A stretch of DNA of 64,000 bases from Octopus sinensis. Taxonomy: Eukaryota. The notes under the pieces are model-generated. The model had not been told where the DNA came from and ran no database searches. It saw nothing but the letters and a program-made list of their open reading frames with translations. Where the stretch lies: positions 1 through 64,000 of the forward strand of contig NW_021834222.1 in assembly GCF_006345805.1 (NCBI RefSeq), written 5' to 3'. A program made the translations under genes and the position numbers. Positions 1 through 12,861 of the stretch are shown here, piece by piece. The stretch's first letter is position 1. Each line of letters begins with the position of its first letter.

Positions 1-1100
1 AGGTGTGTTGCTGGATTATGTGAATCCTGTTGAATGGTGAAGAATTTAGCAGCCTTGAGCACTGTACAATATGGTTGCCTTTTCTAAGGCGTTATTATTA
101 AAGATCAGATAATTGAAATTTGGGGTTTGTGTTGTGAAACCGATAAATGAGAAATATCAGGTCGGTGTTGGTTTTACTGTCAGGAAGAACTTGACTCACA
201 AATTCGATGGAGTTGCTTTCCAATGTGAATGAACGCAACATTAAACTCGCCTACCACTGCCTTGTGGATGTCACGTGGCTTTTTGACCTGTGCATGCATT
301 AATTCTTCACTCGGCGGAAAAAAAGGAAACGCTCTTTTCCACAAGGATCTTAGGATTGCCATTCTTTCCATACCGACTATCATGCTATCTAATGGTAAGC
401 TGGCAGAAACGTCAGCACACCGGACGAAATGCTTAGCGGTATTTCGTCTGCCGCTACGTTTTGAGTTCAAATTCCGCCGAGGTCGACTTTGCCTTTCATC
501 CTTTCGGGGTCGATAAATTAAGTACCAGTTATGCACTGGGGTCGATATAATCGACTTAATCCGTTTGTGTGTCCTTGTTTGTCCTCTCTGTGTTTAGCCC
601 CTTGTGGGTAGTAAAGAAATAGGTATTTCGTCTGCCGCTACGTTCTGAGTTCAGATTCCGCCGAGGTCGACTTTGCCTTTCATCCTTTCGGGGTCGATTA
701 AATAAGTCCCAGTCACGCACTGGGGTCGGTATAATCGACTTAAACCGTTTGTCCTTGTTTGTCCCCTCTGTGTGCAGCCCCTTGTGGGCAGTGAAGAAAT
801 AAGATCATGCTATCTTATGAGTTTCATGCAGTACGTAGTTTAGTATGGGGTACTTCACCAAAAGTCAAATAAATAGTGATCTTCGCTTGTAGTAGTTATG
901 TCCGAGCAGGGAATTCTGATAGGTGATACAGTTTCATTGGAAACCGAAACAGCTTCTTGGCTGAAACAAGTTCATCTTATCCACTTCGCCATCATAGGAA
1001 ATACATGACATTCGTAATCTCTTGTAACTTCAAATATTTCAGTAGGGCGACATGTTGAGGCTACATGTTGGACAGATCATAAACAAATGGAGCCAAATTG
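1..1100 (-). pseudogene. possible highly decayed LINE endonuclease remnant, interrupted by a SINE
   Basis: Minus-strand peptides VVGEFNV (cf. APE GDFN) and VLHETH (cf. LQETH) among many stops; weak resemblance only. Confidence 0.2.
391..803 (+). mobile_element. tRNA-derived SINE family A (Meta/Sauria-like central domain), head plus two 184-bp units
   Basis: A-box-like TGGCAGAAACG and B-box-like GAGTTCAAATTCC; core AGGTCGACTTTGCCTTTCATCCTTTCGGGGTCG; units start at 439 and 623; 12-bp TSD ATCATGCTATCT at 379-390 and 804-815. Confidence 0.9.
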
Positions 1101-1130
1101 AAGAAGGTTGTCAAAAAAAAAAATCACAAC

Positions 1131-1560
1131 AGGAGTGGCTGTGTGGTAAGTAGCTTGCTTACGAGCCACATGGTTCTGGGTTCAGTCCCACTGCGTGGCA
1201 CCTTGGGCAAGTGTCTTCTACTATAGCGTCGGGTCGACCAAAGCCTTGTGAGTGGATTTGGTAGACGGAAACTGAAAGAAACCCGTCATATATATGTATA
1301 TATATATATATATATATGCATGTATGTATGTGTGTGTATGTGTTTGTGTGTCTGCGTTTGTTCTCCCAACATCGCTTGGCAACCGATGCTGGTGTGGTTA
1401 CGTCTCCGTAACTTAGCGGTTCGACAAAAGAGACCGATAGAATAAGTACTAGGCTTACAAAGAATACGTCATGGGGTCGATTCGCTCGACGAAAGGCGAT
1501 GCTCCAGCATGGCCGCAGTCAAATGACTGATAGGAGTAAAAGAATAAAAAGAATAAAACA
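1131..1560 (+). mobile_element. tRNA-derived SINE family B (CORE-like segment, internal microsatellite)
   Basis: A box TGGCTGTGTGGT, B box GGGTTCAGTCCC, CCTTGGGCAAG segment, internal (AT)/(GT)n and 3' GCTCCAGCATGGCCGCAGTCAAATGACTGA; many copies in the window. Confidence 0.88.
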
Positions 1561-2074
1561 AATAATGCAACGATTTGGAAACTCTGATCGCCAACAAAGT
1601 CCGCGGCCCACCGAGATGTTTCTACAGATTTTCGTATTTTAATTGAGAGAATCATGAAAACGTCGGGTAGAAGGCTTTAGAATATAAGTTCTGGCTGTCT
1701 GTGCTCTAAGGTCAACTTTGCCTTGCATCCTTTTAGGGTCGATAAGTAAAGTACCAACACTACGCCGGAGTCTATTCCTTTCCTCCTCTTCCTCCCCTTC
1801 CCCCTCATCCTCCTATCCACCTCCTCTCTAAATTCTTACTGAAATTCGAAGCTCCAACCGTATCACATTTTGGCATGTTAACTCGGTTTATGAATTTCAT
1901 GAAGGATAAACGTGTCTGCGGAATACTCAGCCACTTATACATGAATTGTAGGAATTCATTTGGCGGAAAAAAAAATCATCGTTGACATTGACGGAGAACC
2001 CACCACGTAGTATAATGATTCTGAATATATGAAAAATTAACTTGAGAAAGATTTAATGTTGTAAATGGAACACG

Positions 2075-2077
2075 CAC

Positions 2078-2126
<49 letters not shown>

Positions 2127-2404
2127 CACGGTGTCACCTTTTTAAACACAATACCCATGCCCGAACCCACGTGCGCATCGACACATGTACACACCCATAC
2201 ACACACACACACACACACACACACCGCATGCATACACACACGCATGCATACACACACACATACACCACAGGTACTACTGCACACTTGTTGCGTTTCTATG
2301 AAGGCAACAAATGCAGAAACAACCATTTATAGCTTGTTCCCTTCTGCGGTGATTTTAGGTGAGAGAGTTTGAGAAGTTTTGTAACGAGGGTGACAACGGT
2401 TTGC

Positions 2405-2463
<59 letters not shown>

Positions 2464-2554
2464 TGAGAGAGAGAGAGGATAGGTGTCATTGACTGACAAT
2501 GAAAGATAGCAGAAGGGGGGAGTAGATGTCAGGAGCAGCATTGCGTATGTGTAT

Positions 2555-2614
<60 letters not shown>

Positions 2615-2615
2615 T

Positions 2616-2699
<84 letters not shown>

Positions 2700-2730
2700 T
2701 ATATATAGATTTGTGTGTGTGTGTGTAGGG
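2075..2730. repeat. compound microsatellites (CA)n, (GA)n, (TA)n
   Basis: Directly visible. Confidence 0.95.
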
Positions 2731-3097
2731 TGATAATTGTGGGGGAAGACAAGGGGACAGTGTATATAAAGAAGAAGAGCAAAACTGTTGAAGAGAGTCT
2801 GGCTGGTAGCTTTAATGAGCCGTAATGAAGATGGCCCATTGACTACAAAAGCTGTGTAAAGTCTGTGTATTTAAGTGTCTAAACAATTGCAGCTGCTCAC
2901 GACTATCAAAAATAATTCGGTGTTTTCATTTACACGCTACGCTTAACACAGACGTCTTCGCTTAATTGATATATAAAAGATCCATAAAATTCTCATCCTG
3001 ACCAATCACAAACAACAACAGTCATGTGACACTTTTTTTATCGCAATCGTATTTGTTTTCTAACTTTTTTCAAAAGTTTATAGTTTATAGTTTATAG

Positions 3098-3100
<3 letters not shown>

Positions 3101-3162
<62 letters not shown>
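3101..3162. repeat. (ATT)n microsatellite
   Basis: Directly visible. Confidence 0.95.
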
Positions 3163-3163
<1 letters not shown>

Positions 3164-4170
3164 TAAATATCTATCATGTTATCACTATTGTCACCAATGT
3201 CACTAAGATTTTGTTACTGGTTTCGGTGTTTGCTATATTTCACAAAAGATAACTTGTATTGTTTTAGTCGCTGTTTTTTTGTGTTATAACTGTCGTCGGC
3301 GTTATAGTTGTTGTTGTTGTTGTTGATGTAAAGCCGGTATCATAAAACCTTTCAACGCGTCGTTATTGTTATGGGTTACTTATAATCGTCACCGGTGCCT
3401 CAGATTTATAGAGCAACACTCTATGGGATTGTGGGGCGTTTATAAAAGGGAATTACCTACGCCAAGATTTTCACGAAATGGATGTAACCGTGAAGCGAAA
3501 CCGCGTGGAAGGCTCGGCACGTGGAGCCGCCTGGCAGTGAACTCAGCGTAATTTCATTATGGTTGCTACGAGAAATAAGGGCCAATCAAATACAGAACGA
3601 TTTAATCAACTATGAAACCACCACACAAAAACTGAGGTTTTGGGTCTCTGTTAGAAATTTTAATTGTTATTAATTAGAAATTTTAATTGTTATTAATGAA
3701 GAGAGCTGAAGTGAAAGACTTGATATTCAATTATGCGACTCTATAGGTGCTAAGTTCAAATCTTGTGCAAACAAGTCTGTCTTTTATATATCAAAGGTCA
3801 ATAAAAAAAAGTACTTGTCGAATATTGGGGTAGATATATTGGCTGGTACCCTCGGTCCCCCACCAAATATGTGCCTGTGAACAATGGATAGGAATCAATG
3901 TTATTTGAAATGGAGGGCGATAGATGGGGTGGTGCTTGTTTGGTAACCTTTTTACATTCAGAGCTCAAATCAACTTTATCTTTCAACCGTTGGGATACAA
4001 GTGTTATCCCTCACTCACTTTAACTGACAGTACCTCGTCCCAATACCTGTGGTCATACATCCTTGTTAGAATACAATATTATTGCTGTTGTACCAGTTAG
4101 CTACGAACATTTATATCCTGTGTTCAAATTTGTCCGAAGTTGGCAAGCACTTTCATCTCACTTTCATAAT

Positions 4171-4300
4171 TTGATGTGTTACAGCACAGTGTTACGGTTT
4201 GGTGTGTCACAGTAAAGTGTGTCACAGTAAGGTGCGAACAGTAAGGTGTGTCACAATACGGTGTGTTACAGTTTGATGTGTTACAAGAATGTGTCAGTAA
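4171..4300. repeat. degenerate 15-bp minisatellite (GGTGTGTCACAGTAA-like)
   Basis: About 8 imperfect units. Confidence 0.8.
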
Positions 4301-5384
4301 CAATAGTGACTCCAAGAGACTGTGGTGCATCAAAAAATTTAGTTGCTGTCAAAGTGTTTCAGCAAAGAAATATTGTCTGAATGTTTTTGGCAGCCAAAAA
4401 ACATTTTCTGAAGAGTTACAGGCAGTTCTTCATGATTGTCTCAAACCCATCATCAGGAAAAGGGATTACACCTGAACCTATGATAACATGACAATGAAGG
4501 ATCCTAATATTATATGTCTAGTTTTATATACCACAAAGAGCGAGGAGTATTTAAGGACACTTAATTATCAGTATATTACTGATTTCAAACCAATTAAAAG
4601 AATGTTATTTGTTTTGTATGCCCCGTGGCAGATAAAATGCTAACATAAGAACTAAAAAAACATGCGTTCATTGTTACACTACGTGGAGGACAAAGTGATT
4701 TAGAAATTTCTAATTTTGTAAATGCTGCAAGATCTTTTGTAGATAATGTTTGGATGGAAATGATAACGTCATCACAATACCATAACTTCACTGAAGGTGA
4801 TGTCCGAAATGAATAAAGATCTTTTAGTGTCAACGATTCCGGTCTTGCACTGAAACGGTAATCAAAGATAGATTCTAAGAATTATTTCAAAAACCAAAAA
4901 AAAAAAAAAAAAGGCTTATCGAGAATTTGTACACAAATTTTTATTAAAAAATATTTGTTTTTTTCCGCTCCATAGATTTAAACCGCTTTATTAAATTACG
5001 AAGCTGGAGCAGAACCGTGCCAAATATAAAGAAGGGTACTCTATTTTAGGTTTGAGAAGTTGTTCTGACGGTGAGGAGTTCAAATAGCCCCGGTGTCAAT
5101 CTGCTCCTTTCTGTCTATGAATAAAAATTGACAAAGTGTTTAATTAACTTGATAAATATTTCTTATATTATTGAAACAAATAAACAAATATCAGAGTGTC
5201 TATTTACTAAAAGACTATATATAAATCAGGAGTCCTCATAAATGGTTTATTAGCATTGGCATTAGAGGAATTATGGTGAAATGTTCTTCCTGAGGAAATA
5301 GGCGTTCTAACCGAAGAGAAGCGACAAAAATTTGGAACCAAAAGCAGGCTGTTGTTATCATAGTCATTATTGTCGTTGTTGTTG

Positions 5385-5752
5385 CTGTTGCTGTTGAGCG
5401 TAGCGGTCTTCGCCCAGGGGAAGAAGTCCGAAACGTGGTCCTTTGCTATTCGTAAGACCCGCAGAAGAGAAAGCAGGTCAACCCCCGACACCGAGAGCAT
5501 CGACAGATGAATGAATGCGCATCCAGGCTCAGCGGTTGCGTAGGAAGTCGGGGACAAGAAACAGGAAGAAAGAGTGAGAAAAAATTGGAGCGAAAGAGTA
5601 CAACAGGGGTCGCCACTACCCCCTGCCAGAGCCTCGTGGAGCTTTAGGTGTTTTCGCTCAATAAACACACATAACGCCCGGTCTGGGAATCGAAACCGCG
5701 ATCCTCCGACTGCGAGTCCGCTGCCTTAATCATTGGGCCATTGCGCCTCCAC
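5385..5752 (-). mobile_element. tRNA(Arg)-like-headed SINE family C with (CAA/CAG)n tail
   Basis: Minus-strand head ATGGCCCAATGATTAAGGCAGCGGACTCGCAGTC...GGTTTCGATTCCC; 14-bp TSD TGTCGTTGTTGTTG at 5371-5384 and 5753-5766. Confidence 0.85.
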
Positions 5753-8264
5753 TGTCGTTGTTGTTGTTGTTGTTGAATTGCCCTACTTTAACCCTGATCG
5801 ACGACCAATAATGAAAAGCATTTCAATTGCGAACGTGAAATATATTGAACTTTATCATTTTTAATGAGTTCTTTAAGACAACAGGTCGACTTAGAGAAGT
5901 TTTAACTTCTACGTTTTGTAGGTCTATTCACCATATAGGGTCTGTCCTTTTAGGTGGTAGAAAGAAGGTCACTGATAAAACTGATTATACTCAAATCTCA
6001 ATGGTTAAGTGCTTCTAACGGAAAATAGCTCAGTGACAACACTATAAAATTGGCGAGTGTTTCATTCGCCAAGTGTTTAGTTTCACATCATCCAGTCAGC
6101 TTATAGAAAACAATGGGAGATAACTGCTGAGGACTGGAGGGGTAGTTGAATATTTCTACGAAGATCCAGTATTGAAGTACAAACGACCATTACAAAATTA
6201 ATCAAGACCATAAGCAGGAGTCATTTACCATGACTTCTTTGGGGTGAGTAGACTGGAGAAACTTCTCCAAGGAGCAACAACAACAACAAGGGACACCCAC
6301 GTCGATGGGAGTGAAGTATTCTACATATTGAACAAAAACTATTTTATTATTTTGCCCGGAAGTTTTCACTTTATAAGCATTGATAGTCAGCAAGATCTTT
6401 TAGCATTTAAAAGACACCGACTTTCAGAAGCCAGTTGCAATGGTTAGCACATCCCGTGGTCTTCCCTGTAGTCGTACATTATAAAGAGGGTGTATTCACC
6501 CCACGGCGACCAACCGCTATTAGAATGGAGGACAATTAATGTAAGTTATCGTCAGAAAAATGGGTAGATCCTAATTTAAAGGGCTAATCTTCGGCGAGGT
6601 GACAGTACTAATAATTACATTCAATAATGTTATCTGACATCATACAATTGTATTTGATAACAATAACATGTAAATATCGTTAAGAATTGAGGAGAGGGTG
6701 AATAAATAGCACCAAAATGAAGAATAGAGAGAAAAGGAAAGAGTGAGCAGTCGTGTGCAGGTTACGAGCTATTACACGCTCAACTGCACAAGTGTACCAA
6801 GCGTAGCCAAATCGGAGCATTATGTCACATCTGCAGGCAGGTGATGTCAGAACTTAGTATATCTCAGTGACACCTTCACCGATCTGTCACCACACACACA
6901 CACACTCACATACACACACTCACACACACACAAACACACACACGCGTGTATACACAGAGGCGCGCGCATACACACGCTGAGAGATCGAAACCGTCGTACG
7001 GTTTAGCCCCACCACCGCCACCACTACGTGATTTTTGGTTACCTTTAACAGAGTCCACTCTGTTAGGAACATTTGGAATCAGTCATCCCGTTCAAGAGGC
7101 TTTCTTAAATTTCTCTCACCTGTCTCACAAAACTTCAAAACAACATTTCAATTTTCGGTTAAAAGAGAAGTATTCTGTGGCTTGAAAACGCAACAACACA
7201 AAACTTAAAAAAACACCAGAAACATCAATTTATATATGTGTGTGTGTGTGTGGTGTGTGTGTGTGTGTGTGTGTGTGTGACATTAATACAAACTGCTGGG
7301 CGCAATATAATATCATAAAATAAAAATTCAATCGTCACTAAATGTAACTAAGGGTGCCGAGACACCAACATTGCTAGAAATAGGAGTAAAATGCACTTTA
7401 TGCTGTAGGAAGAGCGCTGTCAGGGAAACAAAACTCCTGATGACCGAATGGAGAATATGTATATAAAGAAAATATGTAATGTCTTAAATCGACAGCTGTT
7501 TCAAGAACCCCGGAGTTACGTAATAGTCACAACTTGCAGGCGATATATACAAAAAGTAGTGGATATCCAACAGGATGATAGTCATATGTAAGTACTACAG
7601 TTAAGAGGTTGTTCCTCTCTTCAAGATGCATAAGTATGTGCACACACACACACACACATATATATACATATTCACACACACACGCACGCACGCACACACA
7701 CACACACATATATATATTGGCAAATTTGTTGTTGAAAATGTACCTATATTTGAAACATTTGTAATCGTTTAAAATACATTTATTTACATATATACCAAAC
7801 TAGTTTCAACAATATTTTTTGTTTATCAATGGTAAAAATTTAGAATTATGAATTAGAAAAACATGTTCAAAAGTTTCGATGTTGATAAGTTTAAATGTTC
7901 ATAACAGTCAATAATATTAAAAGTGTGCTTGAATTTGAATGTACACACCTCATTAGTTTTAGTAGTGATCGATCAGAAATGAATATCATCAAAGTTTCAG
8001 TCATGAAACGCAGACAAGGAACAAAAAGAGACAATCAAACAATTGTTCGAGGCTTATAAAATATCCTGGTGGATTTCCTGCAGATGCAATGAGCCAAAGT
8101 GGTAAAACGTTTTACCAATTTATTATAGACAGAATTATTAAGAAATGAACGGAAAGTAAATATGACCTCGTTTCTGTCTTTTAGAATGGTTAAAATGCTT
8201 CTGTTCGGTTGAATATATTTCATTGTTTCAGAACACCAATTTCGATAAGTCACTTGCCAAACAT

Positions 8265-8351
<87 letters not shown>

Positions 8352-8552
8352 TACACACGCACACACACAAACGTATTTGCATATATATAGACATATTCAT
8401 TAACTTTGACAAGGATATGTGCTGACATTGACCATATATAAACATTAATAATAACACTTATATACGTTTATATACGAATATATACATATATAAACAGAAG
8501 TACATATAAATTTATATTCATGCATATATTCATACAGACACATATATATATG

Positions 8553-8599
<47 letters not shown>

Positions 8600-8735
8600 T
8601 GTGTGTGTGTGTGTGTTTGTGTGTATGTGTGTGTGTGTGTATCTATATGATATATATATATGTATCTATATATACATACGTATTTATATATGTGTGAACG
8701 AACGTGTGTATATAATTTATATACTTATATATGTA

Positions 8736-9836
8736 CGAGGTGTTGTCAAAAAGTATCCGACCTTGATTTTTTTTTTGACAAAATAATGCGCGAGCAAAAT
8801 CCGTATTGGTATTAGGTGGTCGCGTCCTTCCTGAGCATGCGCAAAAATGTTCGTGTCTGTAGATTGCGCCATTCGCCGGCAGTGATGTGTTGAGCGCAGA
8901 TGTGAAGAGTGTGCTGTGCGATGATCTTTCTTTTTGAGCCGAGAGGATCGATCGCATTGAGCAAAGAGGCTCTGTCAAATTCTGCCAAAAACTTGGTGAT
9001 ACGCAAGCCCAGACTATCGAGACGATTCAAAAGGCTTTTGGAGACGATGTTATGCGAAAAAACACAAATAAAGGAGTGGTACAACCGGTTCAAAGATGGC
9101 CGCACCTAAGCGAATCATGTTGTAGAAGACCATTGACTAACTGAAACGACGTAATGATTGCAAAGCAGGCCGGACGAAATGCGTAGCCGTATTTCGTCTG
9201 CCGTTACATTCTGAGTTCAAATTCCACCGAGGTCGACTTTGCCTTTCATCCTTTCGGGGTTGATAAATTAAATACCAGTTAGGCACTGGGGTCGATATAA
9301 TCGACTTAATCCGTTTGTGTGTCCTTGTTTGTCCTCTCTGTGTTTGTCCTACCCTTGTGGGTAGTAAAGAAAACAAAAGGTTCGAGGAATAGTTTATGAA
9401 AACTGCCCTGTGACTATTGAGGAGATTGTTGCTGAAGTTGGACTCAGCCATAGGCCAGTTCAGCCAGTTTATCCTGACCACGTCGTCCAAGCATTACTCG
9501 TTAAGCAAAACACCTCATTTGTTCGTCAGGCTTCCTACTCCCCAGACTTGGCTCCGTGTGACTTTTGGCTATTCCCAAAGGTAAAAAAAAAAAAGGAAAT
9601 CACTCAAAAGGAAAAGATTTGAGTCAACACAGGACATTAAGAAATGCGATGGCACGGCTCAGCAGCATTGTAAGAAATGTTTTCCAGAAATGTTTCTGGG
9701 AGTGGCAGGAACACTGGCAGAAGTGTGAAGACTCCCAAGGCGAATATTTTGAAGGAGACTAAATCAAAATGGTGAGATTTTTTTTTATATTACTTGTTTT
9801 GGGGCCAAAGGTCAGATTCTTTCTGACTACACCTCG
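8736..9836 (+). mobile_element. internally deleted mariner DNA transposon
   Basis: Imperfect TIRs (CGAGGTGTTGTCAAAAAGTATCCGACCTT; right end revcomp CGAGGTGTAGTCAGAAAGAATCTGACCTT), TA on both sides; transposase pieces EQRGSVKFCQKLG...KEWYNRFKDGR and YSPDLAPCDFWLFPK...GEYFEGD*. Confidence 0.9.
9163..9375 (+). mobile_element. SINE family A nested inside the mariner
   Basis: Matches the copy at 391-803. Confidence 0.88.
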
Positions 9837-9946
9837 TACATATACATACATACATATATACATACATACATACATACATTCATACATACATACATACATA
9901 GATACGCACATACATACACACATACATACACACACATATATATACG

Positions 9947-10013
<67 letters not shown>

Positions 10014-10091
10014 GCATCTCTCAGTCTACATACATCATAATGTATATAAATATGCATGTCTACACACACACCACACACACACACACACACA

Positions 10092-10127
<36 letters not shown>

Positions 10128-10265
10128 GAGAGGTATTGGTATCCAGAAGACCCAAGATGACAGGTAAGGCTATGTAAGTGTTACGGGAGGACCGTACTTA
10201 GACTCTCGGTTCGCTAATAATACGGGTGAGGAGTTTAATGCGGGTCTTGTGTGAGCATGTATATG

Positions 10266-10483
10266 TTAAATAAAATGAGACAACAAAGCCAAGGCTGTGT
10301 GGAATGTATAGAACATTTATAAAGAGAAGGGTAGTCTTACAGCTGTTTCTGGGGTATCCCTTCATATCGTCTCTGAGGAAGGGATATCCCTAATATCCGA
10401 GAAACAGCTGTAAGACTACCTTCTCTTTATAAATGTCCTATAAATTCTATACAGCCTTGGTTTTGTTGTCTTGTTTTATTTAA
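10266..10483. repeat. palindromic (foldback) element with ~85-bp arms flanked by simple repeats
   Basis: Left arm ...TTTATAAAGAGAAGGGTAGTCTTACAGCTGTTTCT is the near reverse complement of right arm AGAAACAGCTGTAAGACTACCTTCTCTTTATAAA.... Confidence 0.85.
10369..10416 (+). ncRNA. minimal type-I hammerhead ribozyme motif (GUA site)
   Basis: GTCT-CTGAGGA-AG[GGATAT cccta ATATCC]GA-GAAA-C AGCT G-TA-AGAC; stem I GTCT/AGAC; base of stem II is mismatched. Confidence 0.65.
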
Positions 10484-10489
10484 CACACA

Positions 10490-10538
<49 letters not shown>

Positions 10539-10824
10539 GCATGTATGTATGTATATAATGTAAATAATATACATGCATATATACATATGTATATGTACAT
10601 ACTTACATCTATATGTATATATATGTGTATACACACATATATACACATATATATATGTCGCCGCGCTACCGTGCCCGAAATCGAAAGAACGAACCTAAGC
10701 TCGCGGTATGGCCCACGTACACGTGGACGTAGGCGCGATCGATATATATGTATTTATATACATATACATACTTATAATATAATATATATATATTATATAT
10801 ATATATATATATATGTATATAAAT

Positions 10825-10904
<80 letters not shown>

Positions 10905-11747
10905 CTGTGTGCGTGTGTATGTGCATGTACGTACATGTGTGTGTGTGTGTACGTGTGTGTGTTATACTGTATAGAAAGCCAGAGCTGTACATACTCTCAG
11001 TTCCGATCCTCGGTCGATTATAATGAACAGAACATACGACAAATAGATATGCTTTGATTAGATAAGGATGGAACAAAAATATCTTGCCTCGCCGATAAAG
11101 TAACCGTTATTGTGATGGGTGAATATACTGGTTAGAAAAGAAAATGAAGAGGAGAAAGAAGTAACATGGTGTAGGTGCTGTGTAAATACATATACAATAA
11201 AAAAAAAAAATGGCTGTATAGATAAACCGGATGCTATGTGAGGGAGGAAAAAATAGATAAAATTTAAGGAGAGTAAATAAAAGGAAGATAGATTTTAAAA
11301 TGCGATGTGTTACGAGGGTCTAACCATGCAAAATTATTCAATGGTTTATTGATTCAATTACAACAAAAAACATCAAAGAGATTAATGTAAGGCGGTACAG
11401 AGGTGCAACAAAAAATAAACAAAGGTATGTTAATAAACTCTGAAAAATTCGGGCATTTTTTTTTAGTTGTGAAAGTCGTAAAAAAGGAATAATTTGTCCT
11501 TTAAACACAGTTTACTTATAAACAGTTGCATCTTTGAGTGTTGTAAAAACCACCTGCCGCCAAAAATATATAAATAAAATATATTTATACATATGTATAA
11601 TATATAAATATAATATGTATGGCATAAAAATACAATATATGATATATTTCATACATATATCAAATAATATATAGTGTATTATACATTATACAAAGATGAT
11701 ATAATATAAAAATAAATATAATACATACAATATATATATCACGTATT

Positions 11748-11995
11748 GCGTAATGGCCCAGTGGTTAGGGCAGCGGACACGCGGTCATAGGAACGCAGTT
11801 TTGATTCCCAGACCGGGCGTTGTGAGTGGTGGCGAACCCTGCTGTACTCTTTCACCACAACTTCCTGTCACTCTTTCTGTTGTACCTGTATTTCAAAGGG
11901 CCAGCCTTGTCACACTCTGTGTCATTCTGAATCTCCCTGAGAACTACATTAAGGGTACACGTGTATGTGGAGTACTCAGCCACTTGCACGTTAAT
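11748..11995 (+). mobile_element. SINE family C
   Basis: Head TGGCCCAGTGGTTAGGGCAGCGGAC...; body matches other family C copies. Confidence 0.8.
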
Positions 11996-12189
11996 CTAAA
12001 AGATACCATCGTGCTAGAGATAGCAGTCAAAACTTGACTCTAAAACCACATCATGTATTCATACAGCACCAGGAGAAGAGACAAAGGGACAAATAAACTA
12101 GCAAAATATTATCGGATAATCCCAGAAATCTAGATCTGGTCTAATTTTGTAAAGGATTAACTGGACCGTTCTGTTTTTTTTATTGTACT

Positions 12190-12600
12190 GTGACTGTTCC
12201 AATTTATTTGAACTAGATGTGACAACCTGTCATGCCAAACATTCAAGAGGACTTTGAAGATGTGGAGTTTATTTCCAGCAAGATGGAACAACCCAACGCT
12301 ACCATAGTATTGTAAGGGCCTATCTTGATGATAGGGGGTTTCGATGAAATGTTTCAATAGAATATACTCTACGCTCACCGGATCTTACATCACCGAACCT
12401 TTTTTGAAGGAGATACCAATAAGTATAAAACCCGCAGCAGTCGTCGAATTGAGGGCAACCAATGTATGAGCATGAATATAAATATAGCACAGGAAATGTT
12501 TCTTGATGTTTGCAATTCCATTGCTTTGCGTTTTGAGCGGTGCCTTGGCTACAGCAGTCACCAGTCTGCCAACTGATGTTCATAAAATCTTTAAAGTCTT
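12190..12600 (+). pseudogene. decayed Tc1/mariner-superfamily transposase C-terminal fragment (possibly maT/DD37D-like)
   Basis: Frameshifted peptides FQQDG...YHSIVRAYLDD, RSPDLT, MFLDVCNSIALRFERC. Confidence 0.65.
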
Positions 12601-12827
12601 TCTGTAGATTCAATTAAATTTCGAAAATGAAGTGTATTTTAATAAACACTGACTTTATAATCATTCAGTGTGTGTGTATACATTTTTGGAGGACTTTCCC
12701 CCCCTCTCTCTCTCTACACACACACATATATATAGGGATAGTTTACGAAAAAAAACAAACAAAAGACGAAGACAGGTGGTGTAAAAAAAAAGAGATGTAT
12801 TAGTAATCACGCTCAGGAATAGAAAAA

Positions 12828-12861
12828 GTCTTTTACGTTTCGAGCCTACGCTCTTCTACGA
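12828..12861 (-). ncRNA. hammerhead-like motif with variant or decayed core
   Basis: Minus strand TCGTAGA-A-GAGC gtag GCTC-GAAA-CG-TA-AAAGAC; same family as 21639-21675. Confidence 0.35.

Noticed and set aside
5401-5460. HDV-like ribozyme on the minus strand of SINE C (GGGCGAAGACC)
   Set aside because: The nested P1/P3 order could not be built.
5640-5752. tRNA gene (also 1131-1200, 11748-11815, 29243-29320)
   Set aside because: tRNA-like A/B boxes continue into SINE bodies, with no complete cloverleaf.
6965-7005. Hammerhead (CTGAGAG...GAAACCGTCGTACGGTT)
   Set aside because: Core mismatch, no stem II and no stem I.
7430-7465. Hammerhead (CTGATGA-CC-GAAT-GG-AGAA)
   Set aside because: No GAAA/stem III/NUH arrangement.
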